In this document: positions 1-40,037 of the stretch, piece after piece | Position numbering within the stretch: position 1 is the first letter of the stretch | How the letters are laid out: each line of letters begins with the position of its first letter | Assembly (NCBI GenBank): GCA_963693365.1 | Contig: CAVNZM010000002.1 | Coordinates: 8,405,059-8,469,058, forward strand | Source of the DNA: Amoebidium appalachense | Lineage: Eukaryota; Protista; Ichthyosporea | DNA: 64,000 nucleotides | Direction of reading: 5' to 3' | Position numbers and translations under genes: made by a program | The notes under the pieces: model-generated | Databases searched by the model: none | Told to the model about the DNA's origin: nothing | What the model saw: only the letters and a program-made list of their open reading frames with translations

Positions 1-108
1 AGGGATGTGGTCAAACCTTGCATCACAAATGCAATCCATCCGTCCCACCACATGTTTTTTTTTTTGCTACAACGCAAGCATGCTGACCACAGGTTTGCAC
101 GTTTACAG

Positions 109-25252
<25,144 letters not shown>

Positions 25253-25256
<4 letters not shown>

Positions 25257-25328
25257 TTGGCTCGAGGTCACACGTAGATAGTACTGATTGGCTCAAGGTC
25301 ACACGTAGATAGTACTGTTTGGCTTGAG
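25253..25328. repeat. 31-bp tandem repeat (about 2.5 copies) overlapping the HIRA stop codon
   Basis: CTGATTGGCTC(G/A)AGGTCACACGTAGATAGTA twice plus a degenerate partial third copy. Confidence 0.85.
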
Positions 25329-25568
25329 ATTATGTGAATAACTTTCGAATGCGAGGACTAATCATGTCGTAGGAATGCTATTGTATTGCAACACTGCTTT
25401 TTTTTTTCTTTTTTTGCTCTCTCTTTCTTTTTCTCTTTTTTGTGTGTGGCATGAATGTTTTATTGAGGAATTTGAAGATGTGATAGATGGAATGTGCCTG
25501 GGTGCTAGATAATTATATGCTTCTCGACAATTCCAACCCTCCTGCGCACTCCCCCCCCCCCCCCCCCC

Positions 25569-25608
<40 letters not shown>

Positions 25609-26171
25609 ACCCAAACACACACACCTATGCGCAATCACACATCGCCACCGCACAAACAAACAGACATGTATGGCACGCACGCCCTCCCTCGTACAGGCAC
25701 GTACAGAAGGGGCACACATGGCGCACCACGCCTACGTGATGAGACCAACAAAAACTTTGCATGCATGCATTTAGACAACCCTTTGCCTACATGCAACACA
25801 TGCACACTGGCGCGTGAACTTACATGTCGAACACTTGCGCACACTGCATGCACGCGTTTGCGTCTGGTATTGCAGTACATATGGTGTAGGCGATGTGTGG
25901 TGTTGATCGGCCAACATTAGGTCTGGTGTGCACCTATTTATATTTGATTCCGGGGTTCTAAATGCCCACCAACATAATGGTTCACAGATATATTAGACTT
26001 GTATGGATGTTGTATGGGCACATACAGTTAACAATGCCGATGTGGCTAATGGTATTGTGATAGCCGCCCATACAGTAACTTAAATTGATAATCCACACGC
26101 TGGGGGTGCATTGACTTCGTAACTGCCACTGCAACCAAGCCCTTTATGTGGCCACCTATATGCATATCCAA

Positions 26172-26215
<44 letters not shown>

Positions 26216-26243
26216 TTCTCCCCCCCTCCCCCTCTCCCTGAAG

Positions 26244-26278
<35 letters not shown>

Positions 26279-26344
26279 CACCCCCCGCCCCCCCCCTCCC
26301 CCCGCCTCCCCCGCCTCTATCAAATCACACCTCCCTAGTCTAAG

Positions 26345-26440
<96 letters not shown>

Positions 26441-26781
26441 TCTCTCTCTCTCTCTGTCTCGCTCTCTAGGTCTCTCTCCCTCTCAAATCGATCTCTCGCT
26501 CTTTCCCCCCTCCCCTCCCCCTCCCCCCTTCCAATTCCAGATCCATCTCGCCCTCCCCTTAGAGCCTCACACATATATGTAACTATGATGAATCAAATGA
26601 AGAAATTTAGAAAAAATCGAAATTCTAGTATATTGATTCAACAAATCCGAACAGGCCTCTGATGTCTTACATGCACTGTGGCTTCATAAAAAAAACAGCC
26701 GAAAGGGAAACTTTGGCTATAACGATTTTTTTGGGCTTGTGTTAAGTTGAGGGGGAAGGGCCCGGGCACAGGGGGAGACTC

Positions 26782-26840
<59 letters not shown>

Positions 26841-26857
26841 GGAGAAGGAGAAGGTAT

Positions 26858-26892
<35 letters not shown>

Positions 26893-27249
26893 CTATCGGG
26901 CGGCGGGTTGGGGGAGGGAAAGGGGGGGGGAGGGGGGACGACGAGAAAGAGAGGGTGTGAGGGAAGGAAAGTCTTGAGGAGGGGGGGGCGGGGTTGGAAG
27001 CCTTCGTGTACGTATATCACGCAGTCTGGCATGATAAAGCGTGATGCTATGCATAAGTGCATGAAGATACCAACGTGATGATGTGCACACAAAAATGTAC
27101 CACACAGGTACTCAGTAGTACGGTGACGGAACAGCTAGAATACAGTGTAACTTTTTGGCACGCTCTTTGTGCTCAACACGTGCACACACAGGCAAGCACA
27201 AGAACACAAACACACCGTGACGCACGCACATGCACACCCACACCTTTTG

Positions 27250-28166
27250 CAAGCGAATTACCAGAAAGAAAAATCATACGTCACAACTCTAATTTCATCG
27301 GGCGTAATGTTCTTGTCACATGATAAACAGGCTGCCTCAGATAATCATATGGAAGTTCAACTTCAAAATTTATTGATTTCAGGCATTTGACATATTACTA
27401 GTGACTTCGCAATATGGATTTCTTCGAAAATGTATCAAGTTACTACGGGATATTCAAGGTGCAAGTAATGTAGTGAATTATCAAACCTGAAAGCATACTT
27501 CAAGAGAAACTGTTGACAGCTCATTGGAATCGTTACTTCATGTGAGAAAATAACAGGCCCTTAGGAAGCTAGTATTGGACAACACCCCACTCTCAAACGA
27601 CCCACACTGTGGCTTTCTTGCACACTGCAACACACTCGAAGATTTAATCATTACCGATGCTCCCGATACCTACGTGCACCGTATGCGCCCACCCACCTCT
27701 CTCGTCCGCATTGAGTTGTCTAATGTTGGCGGTACCACCCTCTTCCCACTCAACAACCCCATGCTGCGTAGCCTTCGCATTCAGATGTGCCAGTCACTTC
27801 GTTCACTCGGTAGTGTGCCAGCCACCGCCGAATCACTGACACACATGGATGTGCGGTATTGCAACGCATTGAAGGACATTAGCGTTCTGACACCGTGAAA
27901 TACCCACCATCCAATCGCTGACAATCGTCAATATGTTTGGAATCCGCACGCTGAAAGGTTTTAGAGGTCACGAAAGCCTGTGCGAGGTGTCGATCAATTC
28001 ACCCTTCACCGATATATCGGCCCTTGCCTTGTGCCCTAAAATCGGAGTTGAGTCGGTTAGGGTGCATGGCAGTAACCACCAATCCAATTCATCCGATTTT
28101 TTGAGCGAGCAAGAGAGACGCATTGCTGACTTGCAGCAGGCAATATGGAGGAGGATGCTCCGTTAA
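27250..28166 (+). pseudogene. Degenerate intronless leucine-rich-repeat protein gene
   Basis: LRR-like periodicity (TLEDLIIT, SLVRIELSN, MLRSLRIQMCQSLRSL, SLTHMDVRYCNALKDISVL, SLCEVSI..FTDISALALCPKI). TGA at 27896 coincides with a frame change into EIPTIQSLTIVNMFGIRTL. Several stops lie upstream, so the 5' boundary is approximate. Confidence 0.6.
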
Positions 28167-28446
28167 TAGGTACACCCCCCCACCCCTCCCCCCGCCCTTC
28201 CGGCCCACTTCCAATTTGTGATTGTGCCCCCCCCTCCTCCCCCTCCCCCCCCCCTCCCCCCCCCCCCCCCCCCCCCACCCCCTCCTCCCTCTCCCGTTCC
28301 AACTTGTTAATGTGTGCCCCCCCCCGCCCTCCCCCCCCCCCCCCCCCCCCCCCCCTTCTCCCTTCCAACTTGTTAATGTGTACTTAGTACTCTATGGCAC
28401 ATTCACACCCCTCGACTTGGGCTCCCAACACACACACGCGCACACA

Positions 28447-28523
<77 letters not shown>

Positions 28524-28575
28524 CCATCACACGCAGGACAACACACACGCACATCTTTCTCACACTTCCCCCCCC

Positions 28576-28607
<32 letters not shown>

Positions 28608-29778
28608 GCCCTCCCGGCCCCTTCCCTCTCTCTCTCCCTCTCTTTCTGAGACTCTCACTCTCTCTCCCCCTGCCCCCCCCCCCCCCCCCCCCCCTCTGTG
28701 CCTCCCCCCCCCCCCCCCCCCCCCCCCCCCCCTTGTTGACTCCCTCTGTCGCTGTGTTTCTGCCTCTGTGTGTTGTCGGGGGTGCATAGTTGTGTTCGGA
28801 AGGCAGACATACACAATGTCATGCAAGAAAATGATGAAGTGTTGTGTAATCAAAACCCGTGTGTTTTCATGAACTCTGCCTGTGCCCGCTGTCGTTTACT
28901 CACCCAATATATGTTGTAGTAGCCATGGGGGGTTTGGATAATGTACCGGCAGCAGAGGTGCATCAACGAGCGGGAACGGACTCAGTTGGGTGTTTGCTAC
29001 AGAGGTGATGATGAGAAGCAGATGTGGATAACAGATTTCTTTTTGATTTTTAGTTTTTTCTTGGTTTTTTTCTTTCTTTCTTTCTTTCTTTTTTCCCCTT
29101 TGTTTTCTTCCCCCCCCTTTTTTTTTCTTTTTCTTTTTCTGTTTTTGTGCACGTAGGGTTGCACAGTGGGGTGGGAGGGAGGAAGGTGGGGAGAGAGTGT
29201 GTGAGAGACAAGGCGAGGGGGGGGGGGGGGGAGGGTTGTCAAGGAGTTGCAAGGCTATGCCATTTATGGAGTATGGTGCGATTGAGGTGGTGCAACCCTG
29301 GTAATTTTTGTTCCTAGAACGGGATTTGGTTGCTTTCAGGTGGCAGTGTGCCATGCAGTTTGTGAGTGTCCTCCTGCCTACCTACTATACATGTGGATAT
29401 TTTGCTGATACAGTATTACTAATACAGCCCAATGTGAGCCTTTTAATTGGAACTTGTGTTTTCATTAACATATTTGATTATAGCCGCTTACTACGTGTAG
29501 AGGCCCCGTGATATATGCCGTTTGTGATTGACCCATGCCTCTTACCTGGGCTGATAGTTCTGTTGTCATGTTAGAAAGTGAGGTACTACGTAGTATTCAC
29601 TGCTTTGGTTGGCTAAATTATGATTATCGGTGTGCGTGTTGATGTGATGTAATATATAGTTTTGGTGGCATACTATACAGTCTCGATGATGTGAACCACT
29701 CAGAACACACACACACACACACGCACGCGCACACGCACACGCACACGCACACGCACACGCATACGCATACGCACACGC

Positions 29779-29922
<144 letters not shown>

Positions 29923-31229
29923 CAGCTGATATCGTGTGCAAGGGGATCCCCCCCCCCCCCCCCCCCCCCAACCAAAGAAAAAAAAAAAAAAAGAAAAAAA
30001 AAAAAACCAAAAAAAAAACGGGGAACCCAATGAAATGATTTGTCTTTCTTGGTTTGTATGGTTTTAGTTACATATCGGTTTGTATGGTGTTAGTTACATA
30101 TACCTTAGTGTTAATCAATGTTAATCATCACCTGACCTTCATGTACTTAATATGACTTTGTGGGGATATTATATACCGAGCAAAAGCCCCCCCCATCTGA
30201 GACGGGTCTCGGTACCGGTGCCTCGACCTAACAGCCGAAACCTTCCTCCAATGATTTGCAGTTGTGTCTTTCTATATACGGTCGAAGTCCCCACATGTAC
30301 ATGCCGTGTGATATAGCAACGGGAATCCAGACCCTCATATGTGTGTGTATATATACGTGTGTGTGCATGTGGCCTTTTCATATCCTACACAATCTTCGGG
30401 GTGTTGGGGGCGGCAGTGGCAATAAAACAACAAACTGGGCATTGGTTTCGGTCCCAAGATGGAGCTCTGCACTTGGTTGGTCTGGCCACCGCCACGCTCC
30501 ATCTTTTTCATATGCATGCATGCATATTTACGTTGTGGACGTGCACATGCAACTGCAGGTGTAAGTTGTGTGATCATGACGCGCCACATGGAAATTTATT
30601 GAAAACGGTGAACCGTTGCATGTACACACACACCAACGATCTCCTTTTTTCACGGGAGATATTCCCATCCTATCCCCCCCCCTCCCCCCCCCTCCCCCCC
30701 ACACACACACCATGGCCATGCCCGGCCGGCCGCCCTTGGCCTGGCGGTGTAGTAAATGTCGGCTTCAGAACGTCATGGTAGTGGTCGTTTATTGAATATC
30801 ATGTGACCAAGTTAAATTTGGGGCTATGACCGCTTATGCTGATTCATGATGCATTCAGCACACATGGTGCTTTGGTGGGTGGGGAAGCAAAAAAAAAAGA
30901 AAATGTGTACGTGTACATGTGACTAAGGATGTGATATTAGCAACACCCCGTCAACAAAATCATGTATGTACACGGCACGCAAAGCTGGGGTGCCCCTTGA
31001 TAACGAATTCGGAAGAGGGCATTGCAAAATGTACATACGTATCATTTGCCTTACCCATGACTAATATATATGAAATGTATCGTAATAAAAGGCCCTCCCA
31101 CAAGCCGACAGAGTACTCAAAGTGAGCCGAGTTGGGGGAGCACCCAACTGCTAGTCTAATACTCACCCGAGGCGCTATGGTATACAGTCGGTGCTTAGTG
31201 GAAGGCGTTAGTTCCTATCAAGGACCCCT

Positions 31230-31380
31230 AAGGAGCTCATGCTGGGACAGAACGCGATGAAATAAAAACTGCTAATTAGTCTAAGGAAGGTTGCCTCCAG
31301 ATAGAAGGAGCTCATGCTGGGACAGAACGCGATTGAAATAAAAACTGCTAATTAGTCTAAGGAAGGTTGCCTCCAGATAG
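31230..31380. repeat. Near-perfect tandem duplication of a 75-76 bp unit
   Basis: AAGGAGCTCATGCTGGGACAGAACGCGAT(T)GAAATAAAAACTGCTAATTAGTCTAAGGAAGGTTGCCTCCAGATAG present twice. Confidence 0.9.
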
Positions 31381-31668
31381 TATGAAAATTAAAGGCGCGT
31401 ATTTAGAGTTGATAAAAGGGAGGGCAACAAAAACAGGGACAGGGGGACTGAAAAACAACAGAACCATATGGGTTTTATGATTAGAGGAAAACAAAACAGG
31501 CCGGACAATCACAAAGACGATACCACCTTATATAGTAACAACTTTCAATCAATTACTTTAAAGAACACGGAAAGTGATGTATAACATCATACATAGGATA
31601 ACTTTTCGTTGTATCCTATGACTACATATTATTCAAGAGTTCACGTGCTTGGTGTGCGCCGTCACTGA

Positions 31669-31774
31669 TCAAGGGATCATGAGTGCCGGCAGCAAATCTT
31701 CGGTAATTTTACCGTCCTCCATGATGGAGAATGTGCGAGGCAGGAAGTAGTCACACTCACTGCCCGGGATGTTG

Positions 31775-31816
<42 letters not shown>

Positions 31817-31958
31817 CGTGTGTGGTTGTGCATAATTGTGTGTGCACGTGCATTTGTACGAGTAACGGCAAGATGTGGGAAATGTGCGCTCAGGGGGTAT
31901 AGGGAGGGTGAGAGATTGATCAGCGATGTTTTCTGTGCCCGTGTCCACACTTTCTCGT

Positions 31959-32005
<47 letters not shown>

Positions 32006-32220
32006 CCCCTTGCTCCTTGAATAAATCCACAACAGCTTTGGTGGTGGTTGTGCATAACTGGTGGAGGGAGTAGATCGAGAGTTTCTTGAGGGCTATTTTA
32101 CGTCGCATCTTCTCTCCCCCCCCCCTCCCCCCCCCCCCTTCCCGGTTCATTTCGGTGGGGGATGTGTGTGCGTGTATGCGCTTCAGACGGTGCAAACACA
32201 CGCACGCAAGAGTGTGTGTC

Positions 32221-32263
<43 letters not shown>

Positions 32264-32378
32264 GGGGGAGGGGGGGGGGGCACGTACTCATGATGCCGCC
32301 GAGGAAGGTGATGAGGCCGTGGAAGGTTTTGTCAACAATTCGCATCAGGTCCCTCTCTGCTGTCTCATATAGCACCTC

Positions 32379-32455
<77 letters not shown>

Positions 32456-32509
32456 TCATGTTTATGAGCCTTTCAAAGGCAGCGTTATGTGGCGTGCAAG
32501 GTGTCCGAG

Positions 32510-32542
<33 letters not shown>

Positions 32543-33919
32543 ATCGAGGGGAGATTAGTTTCTGCATCCTTGATGCACCTCAGTAAAAAAGTACCAGGAA
32601 CGACAAAATAAAGTAAATTAGTGCAAATATTTGACACAGTAACAAATTCTTGTCATCGATAACAAAGAATACTGGGGCGGAAGGTGGTGGTGTGAGACAA
32701 TCCGAAAGCAATATGTGTACGACAACGAAGGCAGTGGCGGTAGTGTGTGTGTTGTGTGTGTGTGTGTGTGTGCTTGAAAAGGTGTTTTATTTTTTATTTT
32801 TTTTTCCCAGGAGGGGAGAGGGGAGAGGGGAGAGGGCAGAAGGGACAGGGGACAGGGGGGAGGGGGGGGGGGGGGTTTGAATGCGGAAAACGGTACGAAG
32901 TACGCATACACGACGAGAAGCATGGTGCAGGACACATGCAAAGGCAAACATTCAAGTATGCAACATCAGCCATGTGCACAGTATGCGTCATAAGCAGAGC
33001 CCATCCTCAGGGAGGACCCAAGTCATCAATTGCGTCTGAGTTTCGACCCCTTAGCCCGCGTATATACGACGCTGGGGGGAAGTAATACCGATTCCTTGAT
33101 GGGCATGCGGGCAGAGGATACCCGTGACCAGTTTGTACGCAGAGCCTCAGTCACATACCACTGCTGGTAGTCCTCCTCATAGTCCACCTGACAACTTACG
33201 TAAGTCAGTGCACGTGGCGTTATGAAGGGATGGTTGGGTGAAGGGAAATCATTGTCGCGTTTACATGGTGTGCGCAGTGTGTTTTGAGGGGGAAAAAATG
33301 TCTGTGGGCAAGCGTGGGCTGTGCTGACTGAGTAATGGGATGTGCAGACAGGGAACAAGCAACCGAAAGATGAAAAAAAGAGGGGCCGGGGGGTAGGGGG
33401 TAAATGTGTATGCAGAACACGATTGCACGTGGGTCAACTAATGTTTGTATGACTTTGTATGCAGCTAACTGTGTGTGCGTGTTACGGTTACACATGTGTG
33501 AGTGCAGCTATTATGAGAAATAAGCGTGTTGTTGCTATCCTTTTGAGTTTCCGCGCCTGCATGCATGCGAATGTAGGTATACGTATCCCTACCATCACTT
33601 CATCAGCATGTGTGCAAATGTGTTCATATCAGCATGCACGTGTCCTTGTACATGTGTGCGCATGCATCAACCTACCGCGTGGTTGTCTCTCACGGCCTCG
33701 TATGCGTGTATTGCCGACCCACATGCCGTTGTTTCTCTGCACTGCCCGTGCCTTCTGACCCGACCAAGAACACCATCCTCATTCATCCCAATGTGTGGCT
33801 GCAGGTTAAATACAGTCGTTAGAACCTTCACTTGTCTTTTATTTTTCAAATTATTATTATTACGTCCCCCCCCCCCCCCCCCCCAAGGTATAGTATCACA
33901 TGTTTTTTTTTTTTTGTGT

Positions 33920-33950
<31 letters not shown>

Positions 33951-35984
33951 GGGGGGGGTTCAAATTGGAAGTGTCATTTTCGAATCAATTACTGAGTTTC
34001 TATCGCACGGAACACACATAAGTTCGCTCACCAAAGTGTAAACCCGATTAGAGGTGCAAGTTCTGCAGTGTTAGGTGTGCTAGGAATTACCCTTACTTCT
34101 CTACTATGGGCAAAACAATTCAGCTAAAAAAAACACACAGTTATGTTCATTTGTGCGATTTCGTGTGTGTGGGTGTGTGGGTGTGTATGCCCGTGTGCGT
34201 CTTCGTGCTCTCGCATGTACCATGCTCACAGGCAGGTACATGCGAGAGCACGGTGTGGCTTTTTTCGATGGGTGGATAAGGAGAAAGGGGGGGGGGGGGG
34301 GGGGGATTTCATACGCCAAAGAAGAGGAAGATGTGGCCATCGTGGGGCACATGGTGTTCAAAGGCCCCAAATCCGGTCACTCCGCAGAAGGGAATGCCCG
34401 TCAGGCCCCCCAGGGTGAACCGTGATCCCATGCGGTCCCGCAGCTAAATGGTGGGAATTGGGGTGTTACTTTCAGGTACCATACAGGGATGCAAGAGAGG
34501 GTGTTACTTTAATGGACAATGAATACCCGTATCAAGATTTGGGAATAGGGAAAATTCAATCCTTCAATGCAGAGTGCATTCCGGAGTGGTGTGATCAGAC
34601 TGTATCTTAGCACAAGTTAAATACAATCGGGGGATTCCGATTATGAAAATATTTGAACAAATAAAGATTGCACGTACTTCAATGCACGATATCAGGATAC
34701 ATGTTTGTGTGTGCAGCCAAAAACCCTTGCACACACATGCATCAACAACAACAGTACAGGTCGCCCAATAAGATGTCGTGAGCACTTGCCATTTTAGGCA
34801 GGCAGTTGATCTCGTCCGGGCACGTGCTGTCAGCAAAAAGCGTGTTGTCACGGTGGATCCTGTGGGTGTGGTTGATTTGTTGTTAGTGATGTGTTGTCAT
34901 AGAGTTATAAACGAAACAATGACAAATCTTGGGGCAAAAAAAAAAAAAAAAAACACGTCAAAAAAGAAAGGAAAAAAAACAAAAGGGTGTAGACCAATTT
35001 GAAAATCAAGAAAATTTAAAGGGGGTTTCTTTTAGGCCGATTAATTGTCCCCATTCCAGCACATCCGGGTCAAGCCATTCGCTCAGCATATAAATCATGA
35101 TAAGAACTGCAATCTTTTTCCGAACGCTTTATTATTATTCTTACTTTATGTATTTTTATTTTTTCTCTCTTCCTTTTCTTTTTTGTTGTATTTTGGCGCA
35201 TCTGTACCTTGCTGCCGGCCAAACGATGGTGCGCAGCTGATGCGCTGCACGCCAATCATATAGCTAGAATCCCCTCTGACCCGACCCGGCTCGAAATGCT
35301 AAAAGAAACCCCCTTTAGATTCTACCTCAGGATACATACTGTGTCCATGTGTGCTTGTGGTAGGGTATCTGTGTGAATTGATTATAATGGTGTAACAGAA
35401 TCCCGGGTGGTGGACCCACGGTGAGTGGTGTAGAGGGGGGGGGGGGGGGGGGGGGGACTATACCCTCTCTCCCTCATGATGGCAATAACTCTCAGCACCA
35501 ATTGGATGTCGACTATGGCATGGGGGAACTCAGATAGGATCGTGTCCTTGCATACAAGGGGCAGGGGCTTGAGGGGCATCAGGTCTGGGAAGGCAACTGT
35601 GTTCGTGTGTACGTGTACGTGTTTGTGTGTAAGTGCATGGGTACGTGTGTGGGGGAAGTTCGTAATCATGTGTGTGCAAAGAAGAGGGTCGGTTGAGCCA
35701 AAACTTGCGTGGACCCTTTGCGTAGCAGTAAGGAATGAGATCAGATGGATACTGGGGGTTTATTTTCAATTATCTTCCCCTGTTATTTCCTTTCTGTTTT
35801 TTCGTTTTCCTTTTCATTCCTTTATCTTCCCCTCCTTTCCATTCGATTTTCCTTTTTTCTTTTTCGGTTTTTTATCATCCTCGATTCCTTTTCCTTCTTC
35901 TTCTTTTTATTCTTCATTTATTTTTTTATTCCATTATATCTGCGCGTGGTGTGTGCGCGTGGGTATGATTGTGTGTATTTTTTT

Positions 35985-36015
<31 letters not shown>

Positions 36016-38219
36016 GGTGATGATGATTGCACACGTACATCTCTTCTTTGTGGTGAGCATGTCCAGAAGGTCCTCATTACCCTCCCGCGTGAACAGCCGG
36101 CACGTGCGGGGCACAAAGTGGTCTGACAGACCGTGGTGGGTGTTGACAAGAATGCCCCCGACTAGCAGAACCTGGGGGTAAACAGTATATACGATTTTAG
36201 CAAGTGGTCTTTATGGGATTGTTTTGTATAGATGAATATAATGGATGTGCTTTCAATCACTATGGTCATTAACCTAGCGAGTGGTTACCTGCACACGCAC
36301 GCTGGCATCACAAGAAAACAAACGGAAGATGGACGAGAGAGAAGAAAAGCAAGAAAGGAGACAAGAAACAGAAGAAAGAGAGTCACACGAAAAAACAAAC
36401 AAGACGACGAAAGGTGGAGGCATCGATCAATCAGTTCTGAGAAAGTTTCAGAAAACAACATAAAGATAAAAAAAAACAACCTAACGATCATGTAAAACGT
36501 GCCACACGAAATAGACAATAAAGCAAGCTCGGGTAGTTACTATGTGCACGAGTACAACGGCCCCATTTGTGGCGAATTAAGAACTTAAACCTACAATAGC
36601 AATAGTAGCCAACATTACACTACATGACAGCCCACACATTTTCACAAAAATTGAACTTACCTTTCCGGTAAATTTGGACACCAGGTGTCGTTCGATGATC
36701 TTAAGCAGCTTGGCCTCGATGTCCTCATACAAGATGTCATTCAGCGCCATGATCTTCTCCTGGGCCTTTGCCAGCCGGTCAATGTGCTTACGTAAGGCTT
36801 GCACAACCACATACTGCTGGTGGTCTGTCTGCATGCTAACGGAGTAGTCGGGGTCCGATAGGAGCCTGTGTGAGAGTGCAAGGGAGTGAGTGATTGAGTA
36901 GGTGGTGTGTGTGTTAAGTCCCTCCAACGGTGTGTTTCTTTGTCGCTGACTCTCTCTCTTCTCTATCTCTTCTCTCTCTATCCTCCCTATCCTCTGCGCA
37001 GGCGTGTGCGCGTGCGTGTTCTTTGGGAGTGAGTATGCCTGTGTGTATACGTGTCACATGATGCATTTTCATTTATTTGTGTGCACAGTATACATGTATA
37101 TGTCGTCTTACCCGTGTCCATTCACTGTGTAATCTCGTGTGTGATCGTGCGTGCGCACACGTGCTCTGTTGATTCTCTGATGCTCTATCCGATATTTCTC
37201 TATATAAACGATCTAGTGGGTTCCCAACGGCGATGTGGGCCTAATCTCGGTTAGAATATGTTTTTGTGTACACTGTAGGGTATATAGCCTAACTTCAAAG
37301 TTTCTGAAACCAAGCAAAGCTTCTCCATGATGTGACTTTTTCGACATTCGCAGTCACCGACTGCTGAAGAGTCACGCTCGCTCTTGGGCCTCGCGCGAGG
37401 CTAGCCCGGGCGTGGCTCGCTCCTGCTCACCACGTGCTGGCCATAGACTTGCGTGACATCTTTACCGTGTAAACTGACATCTTTAGAATCCAAAATTAGA
37501 GCTTTTGAAAAAGCCGATTGAAGCTGATCTGTTACGATGTCGCCAATGTCACGATCGCCAGATCTTCCTCCCATATTCCTCCCTATCTCCAAAGACCCAA
37601 CCCCTAGGTCACAACTTGCCCAACAGGATGATCGTGTTCTAGATCTTGAAGCGCATAGCGATTGGCAAACGATCACACGCTCATAGATCCAACAGCTAGC
37701 TAGAGCTTTCTATCATTTAATGGCCAATCACAAATCTTCGATCGCCTACCAGTGATCTATCGTAAGACAGACCAATCACATTAATACTTTGCGATTCCAT
37801 ATCACCAAGGATTTTCACCCGGCAAGAATTTGCTTTTTTCCCAGATGTATTGATTGGTCAAGAGGGCATCATCGGAACGCTGCACTCCTAGATTCGGGCA
37901 GATTGGGGCATCTGATTGGAGGTCCCTACCATATATTTTGTTAGCTGATTGCCGGCCAATAGCTCAGTCCTTCCCCCTCCCCATACCCCTCCTCTATCTC
38001 CTTAGACCCAATCTTTCGGTCACGTGCCCGTACCTTTTCTGACCGAGATTGGGAATCAATCTTATTCCATTATAATATCCCTCACGCCAACTCTTTTAGT
38101 CAGTCGCAACTAAATACTACCTAATTGGTACACAAATGCACAGAGGAGCCTTGACAGTAGCATCGTACCAATGCAGTGTAAGGTATGTATCAGTGTGTAC
38201 ACATAAACTTGTTTTTTTC

Positions 38220-38250
<31 letters not shown>

Positions 38251-38253
38251 CGT

Positions 38254-38310
<57 letters not shown>

Positions 38311-38999
38311 AACCCATTCATAGCAGCCAGGGCTGACCCGCATGCGGTGGACTCGTGGTCTTGGCCTCTGCGAATGACCTTACCCAGCTGCACAGAAAAG
38401 GAGATTTAGGTTGTAGATTAGATCTAGATTAAATCTAGATTGGAATGCAGCCTGATGTCTCTGAGACAAGTACTACATAATTTTTAAAACAGAAATGCTC
38501 TGATATAAGCAGATAGTATTAATATCCTTTCTGGGGCCCAAGCACTTTACAGAGGCACAAAAAAAGTACAAGTGCTTTTTTCTACACCTGTGCTCGAAGT
38601 CAATCAAACGAAAAACACATGATTGAGTAAAGAATCATATTCACTTCATTCTTCCAAAGCATTCTACTAACTGTGTGCTGCTTATTTCAATACCACGACG
38701 ACAAAAATGTATTAACTGACATGTGCACATAGAGGCAAAATGATGGGGTACCTTTTCTTCTCGAGATACTGGCACATAGTTTTGTGGACTTCTGGGCAGA
38801 ATATAGTCTAGCAGCACAAAAGTAAACACAAATACCTAAAAAAATACGTTAATTAAATTGTAAAAATAAAGAGTGATTTAAAAACACTCACCTGGCCCTT
38901 GTCGTTGATGCCCACGTGCGGCCCAAACATGATGATGATGTTGCCGTTGTCTGGTGCGTGGGCACTGAATGCAGACATGCCTGTAAACACGTGTGTATG

Positions 39000-39057
<58 letters not shown>

Positions 39058-39332
39058 AGTAAAAGGTGAGTGTTGCTGCACAAGTAGGTGTCACGGTGTA
39101 TACGGTCTGCGGTTTCTGAGTCACATGCACATGTAGGCTCGTAAGTTGATGGGGGGCATTCCCTATGCAATTTTTCTCGAATTTTCCGTTTTTCCCTTCG
39201 ATCTTCTCTTCTTTTTCTCTTCTACTTCTTTTCTTTTTCCTTCGTTCCTCCTCATTCTTTTATTTCCTCCTTTCGCATATCTTCCCTTTCTCAAACCCTT
39301 TTTTCTTATCTTTTTTTTTTTTTTTTTTGGGT

Positions 39333-39368
<36 letters not shown>

Positions 39369-39980
39369 AAAAAACATGCACTCAGATACACACCTGTGAC
39401 ACCAGTGAAAGGTATCCCAGCCAGGCCAGCCAGGTTGAACTCGCCGGCAAATCTCTCACTCAGCTGCGAGCAGTAGTTATTGATTTCGTCGGGGCAGAAG
39501 CACTTAGCCACCAGCGTGTTTGCACGCTGAAACCCCTTGCTGTGTGCAATGACGGCCACACGGGCGTCGAGCTCGAGCTGGCGCATGGACTGCGGGTAGA
39601 ACTTGTCGATGGACGTTTTGCATTCCTGGAAGGGTTAAATGAGTTAGTTTTGACCCCACCGGGTAAAGTTTTATTAGTATATAAAGAGATATTTCGTTGG
39701 GACAGCAAGGGTCACAAGGCGGCGGTCATGCAAGACAGGATTATATTTAAAGAAAAAACAAAAAAAAAAAAAAGTAAAAATGGAAGCAAGTGAAAATTGG
39801 AGCTCGAACCAACTATTGAAATATTTCTTGGCATAAAAATGTCTCCTTGCACAGGCTTTAATCTACGCTGATAATGTACCCCTACACGTACGAACGTGCT
39901 CAGATACATAATTTGCATGCATGAGAATGATTCATGCAGATTATATAACACACGGGCACCGTGACACATACACAAACAAA

Positions 39981-40037
<57 letters not shown>

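Noticed and set aside
28880-29350. Exon-like segments on the minus strand with a GTGAGT donor near 28882
   Set aside because: No consistent open frame or recognisable protein motif could be assembled.
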